In this document: in pieces, positions 20,560 to 29,754 of the stretch
Layout of the letters: each line of letters begins with the position of its first letter
Numbering within the stretch: the first letter of the stretch is position 1
From: an uncultured bacterium
Lineage (GTDB): Bacteria; Patescibacteriota; JACMRA01
NCBI GenBank assembly: GCA_963704645.1
Contig: OY969926.1
Location: 1,120,001 to 1,184,000, forward strand
Direction: 5' to 3'
Length of the DNA: 64,000 nt
The notes under the pieces: model-generated
The model's database searches: none
What the model saw: the letters and a program-made list of their open reading frames with translations, nothing else
Told to the model about the DNA's origin: nothing
Position numbers and translations under genes: made by a program

Positions 20560-21498
20560 TTATTCACGAATTTCTTTACCGGTAAGAATTAAGAAAATAT
20601 CTTCCAAGGAAGGTTCTCTCATTTCCAAGTTATTAGTTTGAACATTTAAATTCGCTAGGGCAGGAAGTAATTCTTGCAACACAAAATTCGAATTTTTAGC
20701 CAGTAAACTAAAGCCTTTCTCTGAAAAAATAGCGGTTGGGAAAAGTAATTCTAAACCTAATATTTGTTCAGAATTTAAGCTATCTACTTTTACTTCAAGC
20801 AAAGTTCCGTTGCCATATTTTTCTTTTAATTCATCAACTGTGCCTTCAGCAATAATTAAACCATCATCTATAATAACTACATAATCACATAGTTTTTCTG
20901 CCTCTTCCAAATAGTGATCGGTTAAAATTACAGCCTTGTTTTGGTTTTTTAAGTTTTTAATGAAGTCCCATAAAAATATTCTAGATTGAGGGTCAATTCC
21001 CGGTGAAGGCTCGTCTAAAAATACCATACTTGGATTATGAATAATAGAAATGGCTAAGTTTAACCTTCTTTTATATCCCCCAGAAAGATTTATTGCCAAA
21101 GTATTCAATTCCGATTGTAGGTTTAGGCCAGCAATTAAAATATCTGTATTTTCTTTAATTTGTTGTTTGCTCATACCCTGTAAAGACCCTGTAAATAAAA
21201 GGTTTTCGTGCAAAGTTAATTTATCCCAAATTACAATTTCTTGAGGCATAACACCTATTTTGCTTCTAAAATTACTTGGAACAAATTTAAAGGTTTCTCC
21301 TTCAATTTCAATCTCTCCAGAAGTTGGCGTAATTTGCCCTGAAAGCATTTTAATTATTGTAGATTTACCAGATCCGTTTGGACCAAGCAATCCCAGAATT
21401 TGTCCTTGTCTAATTTGTAAACTAACATTTTTCACTGCTAGCTTAGAATTTTTGCCATCATTAAAACTTCTACTTAAATTGCGGGCATTTATTTGCAT
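20560..21498 (-). CDS. ABC transporter ATP-binding protein
   Basis: GPNGSGKS, LSGGYKRR, FLDEP, EPSLEDIF. Confidence 0.93.
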   Translation of the reverse strand: MQINARNLSRSFNDGKNSKLAVKNVSLQIRQGQILGLLGPNGSGKSTIIKMLSGQITPTSGEIEIEGETFKFVPSNFRSKIGVMPQEIVIWDKLTLHENLLFTGSLQGMSKQQIKENTDILIAGLNLQSELNTLAINLSGGYKRRLNLAISIIHNPSMVFLDEPSPGIDPQSRIFLWDFIKNLKNQNKAVILTDHYLEEAEKLCDYVVIIDDGLIIAEGTVDELKEKYGNGTLLEVKVDSLNSEQILGLELLFPTAIFSEKGFSLLAKNSNFVLQELLPALANLNVQTNNLEMREPSLEDIFLILTGKEIRE

Positions 21499-21548
21499 AA
21501 AGCCACTAACAATAGTTTTGAATTATTTGTAAACCCAACTTTAAAAGA

Positions 21549-22112
21549 TTATTCTGGTTTTGGTGCAGGTGCTTTGATGGTTTCATTAACCGGCTTATAA
21601 TTTTGTAAACCTGCAGGAACTGGAGCATCAATAGTTGAACCAGGAGGGTTAACTTTTATTGAAATATTATTATTTAGATTCACTTGCTCATCTTTACTAA
21701 GTTCAACATTAAGATTGCCTTGTATTGGAAGCGGCACAACTTGTTGAGTACAGGTTTGAGCTTCAGAACTAGGAAGTTTGGAATCTAAATTTAAAGTTAA
21801 AATAATTTTATCACCTAGCTTAGCTAAATTGTAAGATTTCAAAGATACACAGCCATTTTGGCCATAAACTTTACCGTTATAACTGATTGATTTACTTTGG
21901 GTTGAATATTTAAAAAATATATCTTCCTTCTTAACATCTATCTGTACGTTTTCAGTTTTGCTAGCTGCTGTTTTGGGTTGGGTAAAAGTATAGTATGCAA
22001 ACAAACCACATACCAACAATATTACACCAAGAATTACTAAAATAATTGTTGTTCTATTACGCCCTGTAATTAAACTAGCCTGATTGTTAAAATTTGGGGT
22101 TAAAATATTCAT
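21549..22112 (-). CDS. Hypothetical membrane-anchored protein
   Basis: Single N-terminal TM, paired Cys, Pro-rich tail. Confidence 0.65.
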   Translation of the reverse strand: MNILTPNFNNQASLITGRNRTTIILVILGVILLVCGLFAYYTFTQPKTAASKTENVQIDVKKEDIFFKYSTQSKSISYNGKVYGQNGCVSLKSYNLAKLGDKIILTLNLDSKLPSSEAQTCTQQVVPLPIQGNLNVELSKDEQVNLNNNISIKVNPPGSTIDAPVPAGLQNYKPVNETIKAPAPKPE

Positions 22113-22295
22113 ATTAAAGTTTTCTGCAATTGTTATTAGAGATTAATTTATGTTAGTTTAATATAGTTTCTTTAAATAAGCAAACAATTCAGGAGCAAGG
22201 ATAATATTTCGTAATTCTCTAAATGTGTGTTCCATAAATGCTTATCATAAAGATGAAAAAATAACTACTAAAAAATATTCGCTGGAAGCTGTTAT

Positions 22296-23564
22296 TTATA
22301 ATATATTTTCACGAACCTCATTTACCATTTGCATTTCTTCATTTGTAGGAATAATCCAAACTTGTATTGTAGAATTTTCGGAAGAAATTTTGACTGAACT
22401 TTTACATTCATCAGAATTTGCATTAACTTGAAGGTCTAAATTAAGCCCAAGAAAAGCAAATCTTTCACAAATTTTTTGACGAATTAAATGCGAACCTTCC
22501 CCAACTGCTCCACTAAATATTATAGCTTCAGCACCATCTAAAACCGATATATAAGCTCCTAACTTCTCTATAATTCTTTCCACAAAAAAGTCTAAAGCAA
22601 ATTTAGCCTGCGGTTTAATATTATAGTCTTGAATGATAGTAACTAAATTGCTAGTATAACCCGATATTCCTAAAATACCAGATTTTTTATTTAAAATTGT
22701 AGCTGTTTCCTGCCAGCTTAGGTTTTCAGCTTGATTATAAAAACTTAAAGCTTCCAAATTTACTTCCCCAGAACGTGTTCCCATTGGCAAACCTTCGTTC
22801 GGGCTAAAACCCATGCTAGTTTGATAACTTTCACCATCTTTTATAGCGCAAAGGCTAGAACCACTTCCAAGATGTAAAGTAACAATTTTGCCCTTAGACA
22901 ATCCATTATTTTTACTTAATGTTTTCTCGCTCGAGACATCGCTAACACCCTTGGCGGATACTAGCTGATCTACCAAGTTACCACTAAACTTGTTCTTGTA
23001 ATATGTCTGCGATAGATATTTGTGGGAAAGTCCGTGAAACCCGAAGCGTTTTATTCCGCACTCTTTATAAGCTTTAATGGGAAGAGCGTAAATCTGATTA
23101 ATTTCTGGTAAACTAGTGTGAAAAGCAGTATCAAAAACTGCTATTTGTTTAAGTTTGGTGAAGTTTTTTTGTAATAGTTTAATTTCAGCTATAGCTGGCG
23201 GATTATGTAACGGAGCAATTTGATTTAACTTTTCCAATTCAACAATTACATTTTCATCAATTTGGGTTGAATTAGTAAATTTATTTCCCCCGTGAACAAT
23301 TCTATGAATAACCGTTAATTCTAAAAAATTATCTACAATTTTTAATTCTTGAATTAAATTTAGAACTAAAATAGAACCTTCTAAATATTGCGATGAAGAA
23401 AGAGGGCGAGTTTCAACTTTATTATTAAAAGTAAACACAAACTGATACTCATTGGCCATGTAATTAGTTAATTTGCCAAACAGAATTGGAGAGTTGGAAT
23501 TAGTAGGATAAAGGCTAAATTTTAAAGAAGAAGATCCTTTGTTTAAAGCTAAATAGTTGGGCAT
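22296..23564 (-). CDS. ackA: Acetate kinase
   Basis: LN.GSSSLKF, HRIVHGG, APLHNP, AVFDTAFH, RFGFHGLSH, HLGSGSS, IPTNEE. Confidence 0.95.
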   Translation of the reverse strand: MPNYLALNKGSSSLKFSLYPTNSNSPILFGKLTNYMANEYQFVFTFNNKVETRPLSSSQYLEGSILVLNLIQELKIVDNFLELTVIHRIVHGGNKFTNSTQIDENVIVELEKLNQIAPLHNPPAIAEIKLLQKNFTKLKQIAVFDTAFHTSLPEINQIYALPIKAYKECGIKRFGFHGLSHKYLSQTYYKNKFSGNLVDQLVSAKGVSDVSSEKTLSKNNGLSKGKIVTLHLGSGSSLCAIKDGESYQTSMGFSPNEGLPMGTRSGEVNLEALSFYNQAENLSWQETATILNKKSGILGISGYTSNLVTIIQDYNIKPQAKFALDFFVERIIEKLGAYISVLDGAEAIIFSGAVGEGSHLIRQKICERFAFLGLNLDLQVNANSDECKSSVKISSENSTIQVWIIPTNEEMQMVNEVRENIL

Positions 23565-23658
23565 AGGTTGATTTTAATGAAGTGTATAAGTCTGAGCTTG
23601 AATTTGTAACTAAATTAAATAGTGTTGACATAAATTATAACAAATGTTCTAATTAGCT

Positions 23659-23709
23659 TACAAATTGCCGTTAGGTACGACCTCTCAGAAATGAGAGGGT
23701 TAATTTTTG
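23659..23709 (+). ncRNA. Putative ~50-nt convergent sRNA (candidate RNA antitoxin), locus 2
   Basis: Promoter TTGACA(23625-23630)-17-TCTAAT with extended TG; hairpins TGCC-GTTA-GGTA and CCTCTCA-GAAA-TGAGAGG, then a T-run. Confidence 0.55.
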
Positions 23710-24095
23710 CCCAAAATAATCTGAGACATTTTTCTTTTAAGAATCAATAATTCGTTATCACTAATTTTTCCAAGTTTGTAGCTTAATCTTTGTACATCTA
23801 TAGCTTTCATCTGAGAAAGTAAAACTGATATATTTTTCTGACGCATTTTTAAATTGAAATAATATTTATTATCTTTAATTTTAGAACTTGTTGGCAAACC
23901 ATAGAATAGTTTATGGTTGAACTTTCGTATTATCACAACTGGACGTAAAAACTGGTCACCTTTTCCGTTTTCCTCATGACCTATATTTTCTCCTAAATGA
24001 CACCACCATATCTCCGCTTCTCTAAAAACCGGGTATTTTTCATTTTCATGTAATTTTGGTTTTAACTTAAACCAGTCCAAAAAGTTTTTAATCAT
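23700..24095 (-). CDS. PemK/MazF-family toxin; no protein antitoxin adjacent
   Basis: EIWWCHLGENIGHEENGKG..FLRPVVIIRK, LPTSS, LSQMKAIDVQRL. Confidence 0.85.
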   Translation of the reverse strand: MIKNFLDWFKLKPKLHENEKYPVFREAEIWWCHLGENIGHEENGKGDQFLRPVVIIRKFNHKLFYGLPTSSKIKDNKYYFNLKMRQKNISVLLSQMKAIDVQRLSYKLGKISDNELLILKRKMSQIILGKN

Positions 24096-24209
24096 ACTTT
24101 TGTTTATATTTTATGCTTAATAAGCTACAATTTTTAGGCAAGAAAAAAGACCAATGTATTTTTGTACAAAGGCCTATTTAAAATATTACTCAATCGAGAA
24201 TGGGCATGT

Positions 24210-24893
24210 TTAGAAACCAGCTGTAGGGCTTCCAAAAATTTCCACTTCCACTTTTTTATCTCTCAAATATACCAGACTGTCTGGATACTTGAAATCGATG
24301 GTTAGCGGGAAATTTCCCAAACCTTGGTAATCACCAATAACTATTTTCCGCTCCCCCTTCTTCTCACCTAAACTTAGGCCGTAAGCTTCGTCAGTTTTAG
24401 GACCTTTGGTGGTTACTTGAAACTGGAGTTTTAGACCAGTTGCAGTTTTCGCAATTGAATGACACTCAATTGCAGACTGCAATTTAGGCTCACCATTTTC
24501 ATCAAGCCAAAAGCTTAGAAGAGTAGGATAGCCATTTGGCATTATCATTTTCACATGAATAAGCTTTGTTCCAGGCCAGCTGACTGACACTTCATAAGCT
24601 CTTCTGTCTGAAGAAACAAATGTCTCTTTTTTTACTGTTTGCTGGCCATATTTTGACTGTTGGTTCGCAAGCCAATTTTTAGTTGCACTAGCCATATCTT
24701 TCTCAAAGTCATCAAAACTTAGCTGATAAACTAGCTTTGGTGAGGTTAGCTCGATCTGCTGTACAGGATTTTCTGTGTTGGTGGGTTGTGTTAAAGTTTG
24801 CGTAACTCCACAAGCATTTAAACTAACAACACAAAAAACGCTGACAAGTAGAAAAGTCACAAACTGCAAAACTTTTTTTAATGAGCGAGTCAT
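24210..24893 (-). CDS. Orphan lipoprotein
   Basis: Signal peptide with LNAC lipobox; GGAG SD; own promoter and terminator. Confidence 0.7.
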   Translation of the reverse strand: MTRSLKKVLQFVTFLLVSVFCVVSLNACGVTQTLTQPTNTENPVQQIELTSPKLVYQLSFDDFEKDMASATKNWLANQQSKYGQQTVKKETFVSSDRRAYEVSVSWPGTKLIHVKMIMPNGYPTLLSFWLDENGEPKLQSAIECHSIAKTATGLKLQFQVTTKGPKTDEAYGLSLGEKKGERKIVIGDYQGLGNFPLTIDFKYPDSLVYLRDKKVEVEIFGSPTAGF

Positions 24894-24997
24894 CTTGAAA
24901 TCTCCATCAATTATAAGTGAATTATAGTTTTAAACTATACTTATATAAAAGCACATATTTTGGGTTAAAGCAAGCTTGTTTTTCTTTTATTTTCCCA

Positions 24998-26344
24998 CTA
25001 TATTCCCATGTTGTTATAATGTGTGCCGAAAGATAATATATTAATTTGCCCGTCATAGCCTTGGTTCATACAAAGTCTATTTTTATCGTTAAGTCTGGCT
25101 GACATAAAACAATTTGCCCCATTTTTGATAAATTCTAAGTTTAGGCCTTTGTAATTAGAGTAATGGCTAACAAAAGCCTCCAGATTTCCACCACATTGTG
25201 CTATAAGTTTAAAAATATCTGTTATTTTCTGTACATTTTTGTAGTTGTTTAGAACCGACATTGAGTTATTTTTATAAGCCTTGTTTTCAATTTTATAATT
25301 AATACCTAGAGATGTTAAATTGTGTTTTAGTAGTTCTATACCAGTGTAATTAGCGTAGTCTTGCTGTGTTTCATAAGTAGTGCTTTCCGCTTCTTGATAA
25401 GGCTGATATTGATATTCGTACTCATAATTTTGCTCTGGCTCAGAGCTTTCATATCCTCGTTCAAAACTCTCAGGCTCTTCTATTAAACTTTCCTCTTGAT
25501 CATCTAAATTATCATCTGCAGAGGTTTCACGATCAAGCAACCAATAGGTATTATTTATAATTTGATGTAATACAGACTCATTGCTTTTAAAACCATCAAA
25601 CATCACAGCAGGATTATTTTGTATTGGAACTAAAATATCGCTTTGGAAATTATACCCAAAAGCTGTTTGCAATGTTGCTCTAGTGTCATTTAATGTAGTA
25701 CTGATAAAGCCTGTAGTAAGATTTACATTTTTTGCTCTGCTAGATTTGGCAAAACCAGTTTGTTTAACTCTATCCATAGTGTTATTTTCCAGCTTAATCA
25801 CGCCCATTTTATCTAAATTTATTAGCGAAAGCCCTAGTGATGAATGTAAACGTACCAGCTCTATTAATAAATTTTCAGTGTCCCAATATCCTTCACCGGA
25901 ATCAGGGTTAACCATAAACAATGAACCAAGTCTTGAATTTCTTAAATTTTTAACGTCATTCAAAACGTACAAGCTTACTATCATTAAATAAATACATTTA
26001 TAGTTTATACTTAGAATGTTTTCAGTGTCACCTTGGTCTATTGAATTAGCAATTTCATCCATAACCTCTTTAGTAAGATTTATGCAATCTTCAAGAAAGT
26101 CACCTGGCCCGCCTTGGCTACTCCATTTACCAGATAAAATACCTGATAATAATAAGTTTTCAATTTCATCTAATATATAATATGTCTGATATCTTGTGTC
26201 AAAATTTTCAAAGTAATTAATTAAGTCTAAGCCTTCTTTTCTCAATGCCCATCTTTCTGTTGAATTAAGATTTTTCTCTAAGAAAAATAATATCCCTTTA
26301 TATACATCTGATCTTGTATCTTCAAAATAACTGTCTCTTTCCAT
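24998..26344 (-). CDS. Hypothetical protein with acidic linker and C-terminal YoeB/RelE-like domain
   Basis: C-terminus SARLNDKNRL...INILSFGTHY resembles Txe/YoeB; E/Y/Q-rich linker. Confidence 0.55.
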   Translation of the reverse strand: MERDSYFEDTRSDVYKGILFFLEKNLNSTERWALRKEGLDLINYFENFDTRYQTYYILDEIENLLLSGILSGKWSSQGGPGDFLEDCINLTKEVMDEIANSIDQGDTENILSINYKCIYLMIVSLYVLNDVKNLRNSRLGSLFMVNPDSGEGYWDTENLLIELVRLHSSLGLSLINLDKMGVIKLENNTMDRVKQTGFAKSSRAKNVNLTTGFISTTLNDTRATLQTAFGYNFQSDILVPIQNNPAVMFDGFKSNESVLHQIINNTYWLLDRETSADDNLDDQEESLIEEPESFERGYESSEPEQNYEYEYQYQPYQEAESTTYETQQDYANYTGIELLKHNLTSLGINYKIENKAYKNNSMSVLNNYKNVQKITDIFKLIAQCGGNLEAFVSHYSNYKGLNLEFIKNGANCFMSARLNDKNRLCMNQGYDGQINILSFGTHYNNMGI

Positions 26345-26393
26345 AATAAAATTAACTCAAGCACAAAAATTTAAGTTTAGCAAAATATTTTGC

Positions 26394-28877
26394 CTACCCC
26401 TGCTCTTCCCATTTCCAACTCAAAACCTCTGGTAAATCATTTCCGTTTTCAACAATGTATTTTTTGTGTTCTACTAGTTTTGATTTTAAGATTTGGATTA
26501 ATTCTACAGACTTTTCTGCTATAATTGAATTATTTTTTGAGGCTATTTCCAAAGCTTTAATTGCCATGTCAAACCTTGATGTTCCATTTAAAACTTGCAT
26601 GTCAAAAGGTGTTGTTGTACTGCCTTGTTCCATATAACCCAAAATTGTGGTTTTACTAGCTAAACTTGTACCATACAAAATTTGTTTTAAAGCACTTGGG
26701 TAACCGTGGAAGTTTATTAAAACTTCAGTATTTTCTGGGAAAATTCGCTTATAAATTTGTTCAGCATTTTCAGTCGAGGAGACAGCACCCAAACCAAAAC
26801 TAGTTAGCTGGCTTATATTTACATATTTAAATGAAAGTTCTGGAGCGTTTTGTTTCAGCCAGCTAATTGCAGCCATAGTTTCCAAAGTTTGATAGTCGCC
26901 AGCTGAAGCTAAAATAATATCTGGAGATGAATTTTGAGAGTTGTTTACACCAGAATTACCAGCAAATTCCCATTCCATAATACCTGCTTCAACTTGAGCT
27001 TTAGCCTTATTTACATCAAGCCATTGTGGAAGATCAGTTTTACCTGCTACAATTAAATTTACAGTGTTATTTTCGGTTAAAACTTTTTTTGCAACTTCTA
27101 AACCAATATTAACATCTACTGGGAAATATACATTGGCGAAATCTACATTTTTAGATAGCAAAGTATTAATTAGAACAGGGTTTTGATGCGTAAAACCGTT
27201 ATGATCTTGCCTCCAAGTTGTGCTGGTTGCAATGTAATTCATGCTTGGTCTACTGCCCCTCCAATTAAATTTGTTCGCCTGACTGGAATACTTAATAAAT
27301 TGGTCAATTTGACTTATAATAATGGCTAGAAAAGCTTCGTAAGAAATTAAAATACCGTAACCCCCAAAGGCATTATAACCTTGCATCCAGCTTTGCAAAG
27401 TTTGCTCGCTAAGTATCTCCATAATTTGTCCACTTTCACCTAAATTGTCGTCCCATTCTTTTAGTGGAAGATTAAAAACTCTGTCTGTGTTTTCGTATAA
27501 AGTTTCTAATCGGTTAGACTCGGCTTCGTCTGGGGAAAAAATTCTGAATTTATTTGGGTTCTGGCTAATAATTTGGCTTAAATATTTTGAAACATGAACC
27601 ATTAAATTACCATTTTGACCTTTAACTAAAGTTTGGATTTGGAAGTTTAAAATATCAGGCAAAGCAAGCGGTTGATTAGCTAATGATAAAGTTGATTGAA
27701 TATTACCAAGTCTATTTTCTGGGGATGGTAAAAACTTTGTTACTTCTGGACGCACCGTGTTTTGCAATGTGTCTACCAGCTCTTCAATTTTGTAAGATTC
27801 AAGCCAGCTTTTTAGCACTTCAAATTCAGCTTTATTTTGTTTAGGATTTTTTAAAGGAAGCCCGTGAGCCAAATTATTTCCTTCAATTTTCCCCCCATTA
27901 GCAAATTTCGGCCCAGTCCAACCCTTCAAAGTTCGCAGTAAAATAACAGGTAATTTAGTGGTTTTACCAGCTTTATAATTTACAATTTGTTGATAAGCTA
28001 AGGTTAAAGTTTCCAAATACGTTGTAAGCCATTCTTCACTTTCATTTAAATCAGCAAAGTTCTGAGTAACCAAAAATGGTTTATAATTTAAGCCTTCAAA
28101 GTACTTAAATAAATCTTCATCACTCATTCTGCTGTATACAGTTGGGCCAGAAATTTTGTAATCATTTAAGTGTAAAATTGGTAGAACAGCTCCGTCAGAT
28201 TCACGGTTAATAAATTTATTACTTTGCCAAGAAGCAGCCAAAGCACCAGTTTCAGCCTCACCGTCACCAACCACGCAAACCGTAATTAAATGGGGGTTAG
28301 ATAATATAGAGCCATAAGCTAAACCAAGAGAATAACCTAACTCTCCCCCTTCATTTATACTACCAGGGAGACCAGGATAAGTGTGACTTGGAAAGCCTTC
28401 AGGCCAGCTAAAATTTTTAATTAGGTTTTCTGCACCAGTTAAAGTTTCAGGGTATTGTGGGTAATATTTGCCTAAACTTCCCTCAAGCCACAAATTGCTT
28501 AAAATAGCAGGAGCTCCATGCCCTGGCCCAACAATTAACAACATTTTTGCAGGGGAATACTGGTCATTTAACGTCTCACCTACTTTCTTAACATCTTCAG
28601 TAGCGGAGAATCTTGATTCTCCATTTCCAATGTGCAAGTTAAAATTCAACCAATTCAAACCAGCATAAATTAAATTAAGCCCTGGAACAGTTCCCCAATG
28701 CCCAACTACTCTTTCTTTCAAATGATGTTCAACTAATGGTTCTTCCAACCAAAAATTATCTTTTAAATATAAAGTAGAAACAGAAATATAGTTAGTTAAA
28801 CGAATATTTTTTATTAGCCAGTCTAAATCTGCACTGTATTTATTTTTATTTAAAGGATTTTTTGAAGTTTCCGGCAT
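26394..28877 (-). CDS. xfp: Xylulose-5P/fructose-6P phosphoketolase
   Basis: GHWGTVPG, GPGHG, EGGELGY, GDGEAETG, FSPDE, WRQDHNGFTHQNP, GSTTTPFDM. Confidence 0.96.
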   Translation of the reverse strand: MPETSKNPLNKNKYSADLDWLIKNIRLTNYISVSTLYLKDNFWLEEPLVEHHLKERVVGHWGTVPGLNLIYAGLNWLNFNLHIGNGESRFSATEDVKKVGETLNDQYSPAKMLLIVGPGHGAPAILSNLWLEGSLGKYYPQYPETLTGAENLIKNFSWPEGFPSHTYPGLPGSINEGGELGYSLGLAYGSILSNPHLITVCVVGDGEAETGALAASWQSNKFINRESDGAVLPILHLNDYKISGPTVYSRMSDEDLFKYFEGLNYKPFLVTQNFADLNESEEWLTTYLETLTLAYQQIVNYKAGKTTKLPVILLRTLKGWTGPKFANGGKIEGNNLAHGLPLKNPKQNKAEFEVLKSWLESYKIEELVDTLQNTVRPEVTKFLPSPENRLGNIQSTLSLANQPLALPDILNFQIQTLVKGQNGNLMVHVSKYLSQIISQNPNKFRIFSPDEAESNRLETLYENTDRVFNLPLKEWDDNLGESGQIMEILSEQTLQSWMQGYNAFGGYGILISYEAFLAIIISQIDQFIKYSSQANKFNWRGSRPSMNYIATSTTWRQDHNGFTHQNPVLINTLLSKNVDFANVYFPVDVNIGLEVAKKVLTENNTVNLIVAGKTDLPQWLDVNKAKAQVEAGIMEWEFAGNSGVNNSQNSSPDIILASAGDYQTLETMAAISWLKQNAPELSFKYVNISQLTSFGLGAVSSTENAEQIYKRIFPENTEVLINFHGYPSALKQILYGTSLASKTTILGYMEQGSTTTPFDMQVLNGTSRFDMAIKALEIASKNNSIIAEKSVELIQILKSKLVEHKKYIVENGNDLPEVLSWKWEEQG

Positions 28878-28953
28878 AGTTGAACTAAGTATAAATTAAA
28901 AGTTGATTATGGCCAAATTGACCTTTTAGCAAGACTATGCTTAAACATAAAAT

Positions 28954-29083
28954 ATGTTCGTCTTAAATGATAATTGTTCAGTGGTTTCAAAACCAATGAA
29001 ACTTACTTGTAGATTTCCAACCAATGCATAGAACCCCTATATTTTCTATATATTCGCTGGGAATTTCCTAGCGTTTTTGTTTT
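28954..29083 (+). promoter_or_regulatory. Putative leader peptide (25 aa) plus attenuator terminator
   Basis: Promoter TTGACC-17-TTAAAC (28918-28946); ORF 28954-29031; hairpin 29055-29073 followed by TTTTTGTTTT upstream of the GNAT gene. Confidence 0.5.
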
Positions 29084-29123
29084 ACGAAAAAAACATTTAT
29101 TTAGAGTTGGAGAAATTAACATC

Positions 29124-29678
29124 GTGATTGGATCAAATTTGTTTAATGCTGGCGAGTGTGAAGTTTTAGATTCTGAAAGGTTAATTTTGAGACCTTTAGA
29201 AGTTGATGATTTACAGGCAATTATGGCTTATGCTACAGACCCCGAGACTGTAAAGTGGTTAAGCATTGGCGTTCAAACTGAAGAGCAGGTTTTGTTTTGG
29301 CTTACCAAACAAATTTTATCTTACAGCCAACCCAGTTCAAGTCTAACTTGGGCAATCTGCTTGCAAGAAACTGGTGAATGCATTGGTTGTATTGAGTTAG
29401 TTTCTGACGGCACTATTGGCTATGCATCCGCCCAAAAATATTGGGGTAATGGATACATGACCGAAGCTGTTAGAATTGTAACATCTTTCGCTTTTAAATT
29501 TGAATTTATAGATTGCCTAAAAATTCCTGTCTACCAACCCAACATTGCATCGCAGAAAGTTGCTCTAAACAATGGGTTTACACAAGGCTCACTCATTCCT
29601 AACCACACACTAAAAAATGGCGAGTCTTTATCTGCCTATGTTTTCAGATTAACCAAAGAGGAATATTTCTCAAAATAA
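29124..29678 (+). CDS. GNAT acetyltransferase, RimJ/RimL family
   Basis: SERLILRPL, IGY...YWGNGYMTEA, NIASQKV...GF; GTG start with GGAG SD. Confidence 0.88.
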   Translation: MIGSNLFNAGECEVLDSERLILRPLEVDDLQAIMAYATDPETVKWLSIGVQTEEQVLFWLTKQILSYSQPSSSLTWAICLQETGECIGCIELVSDGTIGYASAQKYWGNGYMTEAVRIVTSFAFKFEFIDCLKIPVYQPNIASQKVALNNGFTQGSLIPNHTLKNGESLSAYVFRLTKEEYFSK

Positions 29679-29754
29679 AAACAACCCCTAGAATATTATT
29701 TTCTGGGGGAATATTTTTTGGTAAATAATTCTTTATTAAAAGCAATAATTTCAA

